From: the human T2T-CHM13v2.0 reference genome, Homo sapiens | Direction: 5' to 3' (one strand) | NCBI RefSeq assembly: GCF_009914755.1 | Contig: NC_060939.1 | DNA: 64,000 bases | In this document: one piece after another, positions 9,900 through 22,244 of the stretch | Position numbering within the stretch: the first letter of the stretch is position 1 | How the letters are laid out: every line of letters begins with the position of its first letter | The notes under the pieces: model-generated | What the model was told of the DNA's origin: nothing | The model's database searches: none | What the model saw: the letters and a program-made list of their open reading frames with translations, nothing else | Made by a program: the position numbers and the translations under genes

Positions 9900-12800
9900 T
9901 TAATCCTCTGCTTTGAATCCCCAAGCTGCCCAACTATGCCAGAGAATTACACACCATTCGAAGGACATTTGCTAGCTCTATACACATGAATTCACATAAA
10001 TCCCTCCATTAACTCAGTGTTGGTACCAAGTAATGTCCCTAACATTGCAAGGAAAAAATTTCATCCTCTTGGCTCAAGCCCTAACCTCATCATGCCAACA
10101 AATTTGCTTCCTAACTTAAAGAAGTCAATTTATTTTCCTTTCTCTTCTTGTAAAACCTCTCAGTATTTTCCTTTCATATTTCTCTCACTTTGGTTTTGAG
10201 GTAAAACTATCTTGTTCCTCGCCTAAGACTACCTCCTCCATCTGCATCTTTGGTTTCCTGTTCTCCCGTCAATTATGAGACTATAATTTATCAATTATCT
10301 GCTAGCATGCATGTGTGCAATTAGTAAACTCTGTAGACAATACAGAAGCACCTGTAATCATTCTAGCATCCTCAGTATCCTAATAAATAACATAGATAAT
10401 ATGGTAGCCTATCATCTCATACATTATAATAAAGTTTGCCTGCTCATCCTTCTTAAATACCCTTCTCATCTTTCCCCTTTGCTTTACTTTTAGATATGCA
10501 CTTCCTGCCAATTTCTCCTCCTGTCCTCATTCTCCTCTGCTATGTGTCCATGAAAATTTTCCTTGAAGACCTCCAACTACATGGAGCAAAACTGACCAAG
10601 GGCCCCTGGTGCTATGCTCTGAATTCATAGCCACAGTGGCTCAAAGACCAAGTTTCCCACGAGCTGCTTTTAGGCAATAGCTGAGTGTAATAGAGATACT
10701 AAGACCAGTTCATTCTTGGAAGCCCTAAGATTTTTCTGATGGCCAGTTTTGACTTAAAGATATCCTGAGGGCTTTGCTGAAATTTAATTTGACTGCAGAG
10801 GAGTCTGGGAACTTCTACTCTCCTCCCCTCCCTTTCTTCTTCCCTTGGGTAAGACTTGCATCACTGCCTTGTGACTCTCCCAGCTTTCTCCTGCTCCCTC
10901 CTCATTATCTCTCACAGGCTATTCCTATGACAAAAGCCATGCATATTTAATCATATCTTGGTATCTACTTCTTGGGAGACCTGGGCTAAAACTCCAATTA
11001 AACCTGATCTTTACTCTTTAGTGTTCCAGTGAAGATTATCTCTCTAAGGTCACCAATAACTTCTCAAGTGCCAAACTACTCCTCGTCCTTTTGACTACTC
11101 TATTCCACTTGTACTTTTAAGAAACAATTTATCCATCTTAAAATACTGTCTTCTTTCAGTTGGACATAAATTTATCCTCTCTTTAAATCTCACAGCATTA
11201 TTTTCTTAAGATCCATTTTTGCTTTTCCTAACACCTTAAGCTAAGGAATTCTCCAATATTTCAGCCTTGAGGTATTTTTCTTATCTTTCTCTGCTCTTTC
11301 TCTTCTTGGTGCTACTCTTGCTCATACTTTCAACACAACTTCCTACCTTAGTACCGTTAGGAATACGGTACTAATCCTGTACTGTATTCCTAAAATTTCC
11401 CTATATTTGAGAATATGTTTTTCTTGATTTCAACTTTCACATTCAAAATCTCCCAAACTAAATGCAACTTATGTAAGCACAGTTCCTAAGCCAGCTTTTA
11501 CTTCTGGCTGGCTTTATAGCCTCCTAAATTTATTCTCAAATATAGGGGATACAGTAGACATTTCAATTTTTTGTTAACCATGTTTGAACATCCTTTCTGT
11601 ATTTGGGTAAACTGCATGTATTATGATTCCTGCTTTCAGAGAGAAACTAGAAAACCCATGTCCCCATACAGTCCTCTTTGTGGTCATGTGACCTGCACTT
11701 TGTCCATCACACACACTTCTATAACAGTTGGATTCAAAGATGGGGAGAGCGCAGAGGCATTTGCATTTACATAGATATAAAAGACCTTGAATCTCTCACT
11801 TCATGGATTCTGTTCCTGCCAAAGAATCCTCACCACTCATTTAACACACCTGGTCATGCCTCTCTGCATTGCTTAGACCGTTTGTCAGTCTCAGCCTCTT
11901 AAGCATATCCACCTTCAAATGTATTAGCCAGCCCTCTTTGTTATCTTTATTAGCCAGACTCTTTATTATCTACTCTTGAAAGTGTTGTCCATGGTTTCCA
12001 TCATTATTTCCCACTTGCCATGTACTTCTCTGCACTGAAACTGCTCTTACAATGACCACTATTGATATTTTCGATGTTAATCAAATGACAAATTTGCTCC
12101 TAATGTTATAAATCTTTAATTATAATTGGACATTGTTAATTTTTCTCTAATAGTATTCCCTTGGCTTTTGAGACTCTACATCCTACTAAGTTTCCTTCAT
12201 GGGTGATTCTTCTTAAGCCAGACTCTTAAATCTTGGTGTCCTTCGGTTTCTTTTTTCTCACTGCAAATTTTATCTCGGAAGAATCAACCATTTTCACGTT
12301 CCTGATTTTCAAAACCATATTTTCAGTCTGGTTCTATTTCTGAGCCCCTGACCCTAATATCTAATTGCTACTGGATATCACTTCTGGATTATTGCCTTGC
12401 TACTAAAAACTCATTATTATTATTTCCCCTTCATTCTTATATTCTTTTTCTTCTTTGACTCATTCCACCAACTACACTGTTACTCCACCAAATCATAAGG
12501 ATTAACGTTTTTTCTACCACAATTGCTACATTTCATAAGCCACAAAATTTTATGTCCTTTATCTCTTGATTCGTCTATTCTATTAATTTTGCCATTACTA
12601 TAACTGTATTCCATATCATTATTTACCTACATTTCTGTGATACTCTCCTAACTGGCATCACTATTCTTCCTCTCCAACTGGTCAATTGCTCATACTGTGC
12701 TCAGAATTTCTCTCATGTTAATCTGATCATGGACCTTCTTTGCTTAAAGCTTATCCAGTTCCCAAGTGCTTTAGAGCAAGTTCTAACATGGAATTCAGGA

Positions 12801-13205
12801 CCATGAAACCACCTAACTTTCATGTTCACCATACTTTCTCACACATGTGTTCTAACCATCCTAATTGATTTCCATTTTGGTGGCATACTCTATACTCTCT
12901 TGTCTCCGAATTAATGCCTTATATGCCCATTTCTTCCCCTGGATAAATGTTCTTATCTCTTTTCTTGGCATTTTCTCTGGTTCCCCCAGGAAAAATTATA
13001 AATTACATGCTCCTTTTATATCCCTACAGAATGTCATCTTTCACCCTTACAGACCATAGTACAATGTGTTTCTGTTTACTTTCTAGTGCTCCTCTACACT
13101 GTTCAGTATGTGAATTTGACATTAAATGCCCCTCCTAGCTTTCTTATTACCAGGCATATTATAGGCAATCCGTATTGTGGAATGAATGAACATGTGAATG
13201 AATGT
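9900..13205 (+). mobile_element. Fragmented ancient L2 LINE, interrupted by an LTR
   Basis: Pyrimidine-rich L2-like blocks (ctctaaggtcaccaataac, tgaaactgctctt, ctctcctaactgg, aatctgatcatg...cttaaagc) ending in the L2 tail gaatgaatgaa at about 13180-13204. Confidence 0.6.
10575..10991 (+). mobile_element. ERVL LTR, LTR40/LTR41-like
   Basis: 3' part (agacttgcatc...ctctcccagc...ctctcacagg...tttaatcatatcttggtatctacttcttgggagacctgggctaaaa) matches the recalled LTR40/41-type end. Confidence 0.55.
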
Positions 13206-14802
13206 TGAATTGAATTATTTCTAATCCCAAATTGACTTTTATATCTTCTTGCTTTGAATCTCCCTAACAATTCTGTACTAACTTTATTTTATTATACTTT
13301 GAATTCATTATTTGTGAGCTGAACCTACTGTCACTATATCACCTCTGCAAAGTAAGTCACATCGCAGAAGAATGAAATTCCATTGAGCTCTTGTGTCAAT
13401 TTTTGCAAACAGATCTTTCCCCAATCAATATTAGAATTAATGAAATTCCACAGGGGAGGCAAAAGGTCAGGCACTGATCACACATTACTGATCACAGCAT
13501 CTGCTGATGTTTCTGTAGAATTTAAATCTATAGACTAATACCACCTTCTTGCTTTTAATATGCCTGTGAGGATGTAGGGAAAAAACACTTCACAATCATG
13601 GTTGAGAAGCTAAATACAATCGTTTTAGAAACTCAGACATATCAGAATGGAAACAGGATATTTCTGCAGTTGTTCTTCTTTTGTATAATGCATATCTGTT
13701 TAGGTACATAACAGCTGAAATTTGAAATGTCAGTTTTTATTAATGAAAGAGAGACAGTAACAGACTTGATGAAAACTGACCTGATCTGCACATCAAATGA
13801 CTGGGTAGGTACACAGAAAAGAATTTATTCTGCAAATGCAATTTATTCTGAAGATGACTGTGGTTCCTCTAAGGTATTATAGAAGAATATTGAGGTTTTG
13901 TTTAAGATAATAAGTTAGTTATTAAGAATCCAAATCTGTGAACTGAATCTAATAGCAGACTAGTTAAACTATATTTTAGAGAACCAGAAAGAAATTGGTA
14001 ATAAAGAGGAAGCAATTATTCTTCTTCGGTATATTGCCCATTCTAATTCCAAATGTTTAACTAGAGACTGTCAGACCAATACTTCCCTTGTCACATACAT
14101 AGGGTTTAAATGCTACATAACAATTGCTCAAATGGGGCCACTTTGGAAACATAATTTGAACTAATAGAATTTTTGGTGACAAAATATTGTCTTTATTTTA
14201 GAGAAGCATGTCTTTAGAGCTCAGGATGAAAAGCAAAGGGAAAAATATAAAAAGGATCTCTATAGCATATTGGACAGAGCATAAACAGCGTTTATTATAT
14301 GTATGTATTTCTATCTTGTACTACACTTAGAGCTTCTTAAAAGAAAATAGTGAAATTCCTTTCTACTTACTTCTATTCCTATTTGCTCAAGGACTGAGTA
14401 GTAAATCGATAAACATATACTCTTATTAAGACTGTGTTAACATAACAAATGATGATACAAGACTGGCTAGATATGAGACTAAACAATATAAATTTTAAAG
14501 TTTTAAATAATTTGATGAAAATTAGATTGTTCATTTAGTATAGATAAATGTCTCACACAATACTTAATCCAATCCCACATTGAAAACACAGTAATGCAAT
14601 ACAAGAGTGGTAATTAAATATAAGACATAAGTTGTCAGAACTTAGTCTCAGCCTTAGCATACCATTGCATGGTCCAGCCTTGGCCTTTATAGTTAAGAGA
14701 AATTTGAAATTGAAAATATTCTTTTCCCGGGCAATAGAAACCAAAAAGACTATATTTTGCCTCTTTGTCTCAATTCCTGTTTCTTGGTTCATCCTTCATG
14801 TT

Positions 14803-14806
<4 letters not shown>

Positions 14807-14868
<62 letters not shown>

Positions 14869-14882
14869 CACACACACACACA
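14807..14882 (+). repeat. Compound (AT)20(AC)n microsatellite
   Basis: Read directly. It is followed by degenerate atagaaattcat repeats and a GAAA/GAGA tract to about 15050. Confidence 0.95.
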
Positions 14883-15769
14883 TATATGATTTTTACATCT
14901 CTCTATAGAGATACAGAGAGATGTAGAAATTCATACATAGAAATATAGCAATTCATATAGAAATATACAGAATTCATATATAGAAATTCACATATAGATA
15001 TATAGATGATAGATACATAGATATGAAAGAAAGAGAAAGAGAGAAAGAGAGATATGTTGATTAATCATTCCTGTCTTTTGTGGACCAAATAATCCCAATG
15101 CTTTTAACTTTACTATTGTGAAATTCTGGTAAATGAATGTGACTACACATAAATGAAGACTTTCACCATGGCACTACGTATTTTAAAAATTGCCTGCTCT
15201 GGCAGAAAGACATTGATCAACTGAGAACAACATTTTACCAGCATAATGATCACACTTTGAAGGCTGGTAACTCCAGTAATGTTTCTGTCATTCTTTTAAT
15301 TTTAAACTTCAAAATTATACCATATAGGGCAATGAATTACATTTCAGTTCTGCCTTAGAAAAATCACTGGATTGCCCTTTTGTCTTGAATCAGAGGGATA
15401 TTATCGAGCACTTCAAAGTGAATGGCTATCACATCTATTGACTCTGCAACCTCACTGAGTCCTTACTATCTTCTCTAGGAATAGGACCCAGGGTAGTTTA
15501 TGAATAATTATTGTTATAGGATTTGGAAGACAGAAGAGTTGCTACATGACAGAGTTTTTTTAACTAAGTTGTATGTATACTGTGATGTATATTTAAAGCT
15601 GAGGGTAGGAGGAAGTATTAATAGTTTTCAGCCCATTTCCAAAGAAAATCGTAACTTACAAAGAAAACATTAAGAACTAGTTTATTGAGCACACAAAAAT
15701 GTCCCACGGTCTTTCACACTGCTTTTATAGTATGGAGAAGAAACAGTTCAGGATAGGAAACTGTACCTG

Positions 15770-16000
15770 CCATTTGTTGAGTGCCTACAATATGCTAGGT
15801 TAGGTAATATACATGCAATGCCTCTTATTAATATGACAGAATATACAATGAATACTGTTATTCTTATTTATGCTTGTGGAAAGGGAGCCTAGATTGATTA
15901 GGTAACTTGCCTGATGACAAATAACTTGTAAATGCCAGGGCCATGACTGAAATCCTTATTTTCCCACATGAATGTTCATGCTGTTTTTGCTATGCCATAC
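15770..16000 (-). mobile_element. MIR SINE
   Basis: catttgttgagtgcctac...ttaggtaacttgcctga...ttgtaaatgccagggcc is the reverse complement of the MIR core. Confidence 0.7.
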
Positions 16001-17174
16001 AGCCCAACTGTAAGACTGGCTATGGCTAGAGCAGACCAATAAAGTCACTCAACTCTTATATTTAAGCCATTCTCTACAGTGTTTCAGGAACTTCCTCTTT
16101 AGGTCATTTATAACCAAAAGACACAAACTGCTGCTCACGTGTATCCATTCAATATGCTGAAGAAGCTTCTATGTTTTACTTCAAGTAAGATCACCTTTTA
16201 AGTTTGACCATTGATTTTCTTTAAAGGCAAACAATACCATCAGACTAGTTTTTCTTTTCTAGAGAGTGGGTCTTCAGGGGAATAAAGTGCTGGCACTATA
16301 CATAGACCATATCGACGGGACACATAAAAGTGGATTATTTTGTTTTTATTACTTGAGGAAAGTGCACAGTGGCAATTAAAGTGCCTGGATCTCTCAGCTC
16401 AAATCTATTTACTGTGGCTGATAATGGGCAAAGTAGAAGATGTGCTCTATTCCAAGAGTAGAGAAGGCTTTAAATAGCTTTTTAAGTGAAAACAAATAGT
16501 AGGAAAAGGTATGCGAGAGAATTCCTCTTTGCAGGTACAGGAGATGTACAAATCCCATTATTTGCTGATAGGGTTTGTGCTACAGCCTCCCCCTCATCAC
16601 TTTGAACTGCTTGCAGCTTCCCACGTATGTCTCAGAAGCTGGCCTCCTGGGTGGCTGTCAGCAGGACATCCATCTGTTTCATGGCTTCTCTTTAAGCAGG
16701 GTCTGAAAGATCACATCACATGCTATTGGATATTTCCAGTCGATATTAAAGGAATGAAATAATTATGATATATGTTTTCATCTTGTTTTATGCATTAAGT
16801 ACAGTCTTAAAACTGATTGCAAAGTGCTCCTTTGTACAGTAGAGTAAAACAAAGCTTTATTTAGACAATCCACACAATACTGAATTCCGAGCTGCCTGCG
16901 ATTGCTGCATCCTCTTTACTTGTGTTACTCAGCATGACCCTGATGGTGGCAATGTGGGACTAGTGAGTGAACAGAAATGTCTAATAGGTGGAGGAAAGGC
17001 AATCTGAAAGATGTGCTCTGTTAATACTGCTTTCACATGTTTGCATGGATGGCAGCTACTTCATTAAGAGGAAATCAGAGGATGGCATCTAACTTCAGGT
17101 AACCACCACAACAAATACATTTGGAAGGAGACATGGGGTACTGGTTATTGTCAGCTTTGTATCTACCTAGTACT

Positions 17175-17345
17175 CAGGGGTTCTCAGTCTTGGGCGCATA
17201 TTAGAATTATTGGGGGAATTTTTAAAAATTGTTCTTGGCTACACCAAGAACAATTCAATCAGAGTATCTGGTGATGGAACCCAGGCTTCAGTATCTTTTG
17301 TGTTCCCAGAGGATTCTAGTGAGAAGCCAAAACTGAGACCTGCTG
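17175..17345. mobile_element. MER5-family hAT MITE
   Basis: caggggttctcag...catattagaatt...aatcagagtatctgg...ggattct...tgagacctgctg, with CAG...CTG termini. Confidence 0.7.
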
Positions 17346-18562
17346 AGTCAAACCTATTTGTCAACAGCACCAGTGTGGACAGTTTCTTATGTGAATCTTA
17401 AGATATCCATGTGATTCAGTTTCAGAACAATATTGTATTCAATAATAAGAAGCCTGAAGTACTTAAAAAGAAATTTCAATGTTCATGCATATATCCAAAG
17501 GTCATTTTGAAAGATTTATATGTGTAGTTTCCTTAAAAAAGTTACTGAAACATACCTTTCCTCTCCCATATATTCCCTCACACTCTAGATCTTTTCACCC
17601 AGCACTTTTACATGCTCAACAAAATCAACCTACCCTCAACCCTTCTGCTCTTCTATCTTCCTTCTCTCTTTCATCTCCATTTCTCACCATTTCCTTCCAT
17701 TTAATATTTTATTATTTAGATTGACATACCCATCGAAGAGGAATCCTTTCTCCTTAGGGGGAAAGGAGTGGAAAATGGGAGAAACTGGGCTGACAATTCT
17801 ATTTTTCTGGCATTATTTTCCATATACATGTTGTGCTGTTACAATTGTTTTGTGATGTTTTTTAACCTAGTATCCACGTAAAAGGTCTTTCTCAGGTCTC
17901 TATTAATAGTGCTCTCCTTTAAAATCCTACCTTATCTGAAATTAACATTGACAAATATGTGTTATTTTCCTCTGTGCATTGTTTTATTTTAATATCTACA
18001 GTCATTACTTCATCTCCATAAGATTTTCTTCAAATATATCTTTATGATAGATTCAGTTCAATTATTCAAGCTTCTATATTGTAAAAATAAAAAACAAAAA
18101 GACACAATTTTTATGTTTGTTCTCTTTTAGTATCTTTCTTATCTGTTATCTTCTGTCATTATTTCTTAAATCTTGGGGAATTTTAAAATTATCAACGATT
18201 TCACTGAACTGATTTTCAGCAGTACCAATTTCTTTTCTAATTCACTCCATAATGGACTTTAATTTTGTTTTGAAATTTGGGTTTTGCTATGGCTTGGTAT
18301 TCTTATCAACTTTCTTCTTCGGTGCTTTTGTTTTGAAATTGGATTTTTCTTTTATAAATGTCTTTCCTATTTTTTAGAAGCCACATCCTCTTGAACTCAA
18401 CTGAAGATATACATGATAAAAAACAAATTGACTTTCCTCATCCCTAACTTCAGTATGATTCCTAGAGTACATTTTCTTTGGAAGTTTTAAAACTGCTTCC
18501 TTTTCCTGGAATTAATTTTCACATATCATGTTGTGTTTTGTGCTGTATTGCTTCTCCACTTC

Positions 18563-18963
18563 TGTATTAGCTTCCTAGAGCCACTATAACAAAGTCCCAC
18601 AAGTTAGTGACTTGAAACAATATATCTACGTTTTTTTCTCATGATTCTGAAGGTTAGAAGTAAGAAATCAAGGTATCAGTAAGGCCACGCTCCCTCTAAG
18701 ACTGAACAGAAATCCTTCCTTGCCACTTCCTAGCTCTTGGCTGTGGCTGGCAATCTTTGGTGTTCTCTGGCTTGTGGCTGCATCTCTTGTCTTTATCTCT
18801 GCTGTGACACGATGTTCTTTTCGTGTGTCTCTGCATCTTCACTTAGTCTTCTTGGAGGAACACAGCCACCCTCGATTAAGGGCTCACAGTACTCCAATAT
18901 GACCTCATCTTGGGCGAGGACTTCAACACTTTTTTTTGGCGGGGGGGACACAAGCCCATAACA
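18563..18963 (-). mobile_element. MLT1 (MLT1C/D-like) MaLR solo LTR
   Basis: tgtattagcttcctagagccactataacaaa...aaatcaaggtatcag...cccataaca, with a 5-bp TSD acttc/atttc. Confidence 0.85.
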
Positions 18964-19642
18964 ATTTCAAAATAAGGAGATATTTATATGTATATAAATA
19001 TCAGTATATGGTGATAGGGAAATTATCAATACATGTCTCTTTGTTAAGAGACAGGATAAGGAACATGTACCCTTAGACTTGATCATGGGTCTCTTGGAAT
19101 CATTTAAGAAAAAAAAGACAACAACATGAAAGATCATGTTCTTTCATCTAAGCAGCAAATCAGTGGAATTCCGTGTGGCATAAGCTAATAAAAGGAAGAG
19201 GAATGCTTACATACATGTCATACCATGTTCTTATTGTCCAAACACCTCATTTATTAGATTTTTATGTTTAAAGTACTGACAACGGATAATCCCATAGCTA
19301 GGTGTTGCCAGGGTTTTTCAAATTTCTTCCTGGAGGGGAAGTTGATGAGTACAGCTTATTCCTAGCTCCACTGTTAGCACCTCACAGGTGTTCTTGTACT
19401 GCATTTCCTCTTGATTGAGGAACAGTTTTTTATTGCATCCATCTTTTTGAACTTTTGGTGTACAGACATGACTATTAACTCCAGAATTTGCACAGCTGTC
19501 TCAACCTGCCCTTACAACATCTAATATGTTAGCAGTATACCTACTAGCATGCAGTGTGTGCCCTCAATTCCCTATTGCATTTGTGTTTATGTGAGTTTCA
19601 GTCTTTTAATCCATGTAAGGGATATAGAGAAGGGCATACCCA

Positions 19643-20088
<446 letters not shown>

Positions 20089-20394
20089 TTACATATATAA
20101 CTATATTATAACACATTACATATTAATATTTTATTTAACATGTTAACAATATTAATATTACATACTAAGTGTTACTTTCAATTACTTAAAAACCTGTATT
20201 AACTCTCCTTAATATTTGTGATGTGTTTTGGAGCATCTACCTCATGAAAGGGACTAACCTCAGAGCACTAGATTAGAGAAAAGCTTGTAATACTGATAAT
20301 TAATGAAAGACTTTTATTCACTATGGTTGGTATTATTGCTGCCATCAGTATTGTCACTTTCCAGGTTCTTTGATATTTCAGAAGATATTCAGGT

Positions 20395-20620
20395 ATGTGG
20401 TACTAAGGGGAAAACATTAAACATTTGGTCAGAAAAACCTGGCTTATGACCTGGGTTTGATAGTTTCTAGTTGGGTAAACTTGAGAGCAAATACATTCTC
20501 TAAACTGGATTTCTTATTTGGAGAGAAGCTTAATCGCTACTACTGTCCAGAATTCTTAAAAATAAAATCAAAAGAACATGGAGAATGTGCAAGTTCTTTG
20601 TAACTGTAAAAAGTAGATAA
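20395..20620 (+). mobile_element. MIR SINE (degenerate)
   Basis: ggtcagaaaaacctggc...ctagttgggtaaacttgag...ctctaaactggatttcttatttg... resembles the MIR core. Confidence 0.5.
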
Positions 20621-20739
20621 ATGTAGAAAAATTTGCTTACTCTATTTTTGTAATAATGATGAGAATCAGAAGACCACATTTATTGAGCATTAAAAAGAAA
20701 ATTTTTTTGTTACCTAAACATAAGCTGTTAGGTTGATTT

Positions 20740-22244
20740 GCATGAACATCCTTAAAGTATACAACAAAATGCTCCAGCTCCACTGTAGATGGAGTAAGCA
20801 TCTTCTATCTTTCCAGTAAATGCCTCTCAAAACCCTGAACATAAAGCATGAAGAAACTAACCATGGACACTGAAAAAAATATGGCACTATGTGTACTGGG
20901 GAAGAAAACCAGAATCTGAACAAAATCAAACTAGTGAAGACTGTCCTTTTTCTCCAGTATCTCTCATTTCATATTCATAGCAATATGAAACCCAGATCTC
21001 ACTGTTGGATGCAGACAAAAAGAGTTCCAAGAGAAACAAAACCTTTTTTTTTTCTCAGAATAATTGGAAAGTGGCTACCTTAAAGGTCAGAAAGAATGGA
21101 GAAAATCCCCTGGGGTTTATTGTTGTTGTTTTGTTCTCTCCCACTTCAGCCTCCAGCAAATCCCAAGATGGCCACAGCAGCTGCAGCAGCAGGAAAATGA
21201 CGGCAGTGGCAATAAGGTCTACAACTCTGTGAGAAGGTATTTCTTCTCTATGATCACAGGAACTGTGATCTGAGAGCATGGAGAGAATCCACATTGGGTT
21301 CTCTCTTTGTGTTCGTTTCTTGGCCTTAATGGCAAATACATAGTAAAAAGTACACAAATGAGTGGGAAAACTGAAGGCTAAATTTTATAACCAATAGATC
21401 AAGAAAGGTGACTCAGGGAGCTGAAAAATGTCAGGAAAATCGTGAGGAGGAGGGATCTTAGGGAAGAGATCCTATATGCTGCATATAAACCACTGGGATC
21501 ACCTTCAAACTGCATAGGCATGTATCTGAGTTTAACACCATACCAAAGACTGTGAGAATGGTACTAAGGTGTACATAATCATCCATATCCCTGACTGACC
21601 ATTAAATCATTCACATGTGTTGAAGATGTAAATAATATGGCAAAGGCTTAGAAAACTGAACTGTCAGAATGCTAGTCAGAACTTGTGAGTTGTACGTAAC
21701 TAGATTTATTTCTAGATACAATCATTCTCCTTAAAAATTAAACTTTATTAAGATTGTAATAGCATAAGATTCAAATGTTCAGGATACAATCCAAACTTAG
21801 GTGGTATACAAAGAACTGGGAATATCTTAATAACTCTCAAAAAGAAAGACAACCAACAAAGTAAAATCTCATCTTGACATAACCAAGCTGTTATAAGACT
21901 TTAAGGCTGCTATTACTAGAATAAATACCAGACAGACTTTAAAGCTGCTATTGTAACTATGCCCAAGAAGGACGGACAAATACTTTTGAAATGATTAGAA
22001 TGAGAAGGTCTCACAAGTGAAATAATAGATATTACAAAGAACCAAATATAAATTTTAACTGAAAAATGAAATAAAATAAAAATTATCTAAATAGACTCAA
22101 TAGAAAAATGAAGACAGAGGAAAAAAAATCAATGAACTTGAATATAGAGCAATACAAATTATCCAATCTAAAGAACAGAGCAAAAAAATATAGAAAAAAT
22201 AAAGAGAATCTTAGGGATCTGTGAGACAATATACAATGTCTAAT
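20740..22244 (+). mobile_element. Ancient L1 (L1MD/L1ME-like) 5' UTR and ORF1, left part
   Basis: ORF1-like A-rich sequence (gactttaaagctgctatt, aaagaaccaaat, aatgaacttgaatatag, agggatctgtgagacaatat). It resumes after 29134. Confidence 0.65.

Noticed and set aside
14632-14948. ORFs with YI and HT repeats
   Set aside because: Translation of the (AT)n(AC)n microsatellite.
20121-20157. Imperfect AT-rich palindrome around ttaacatgttaa
   Set aside because: Expected by chance in near-pure AT low-complexity sequence.
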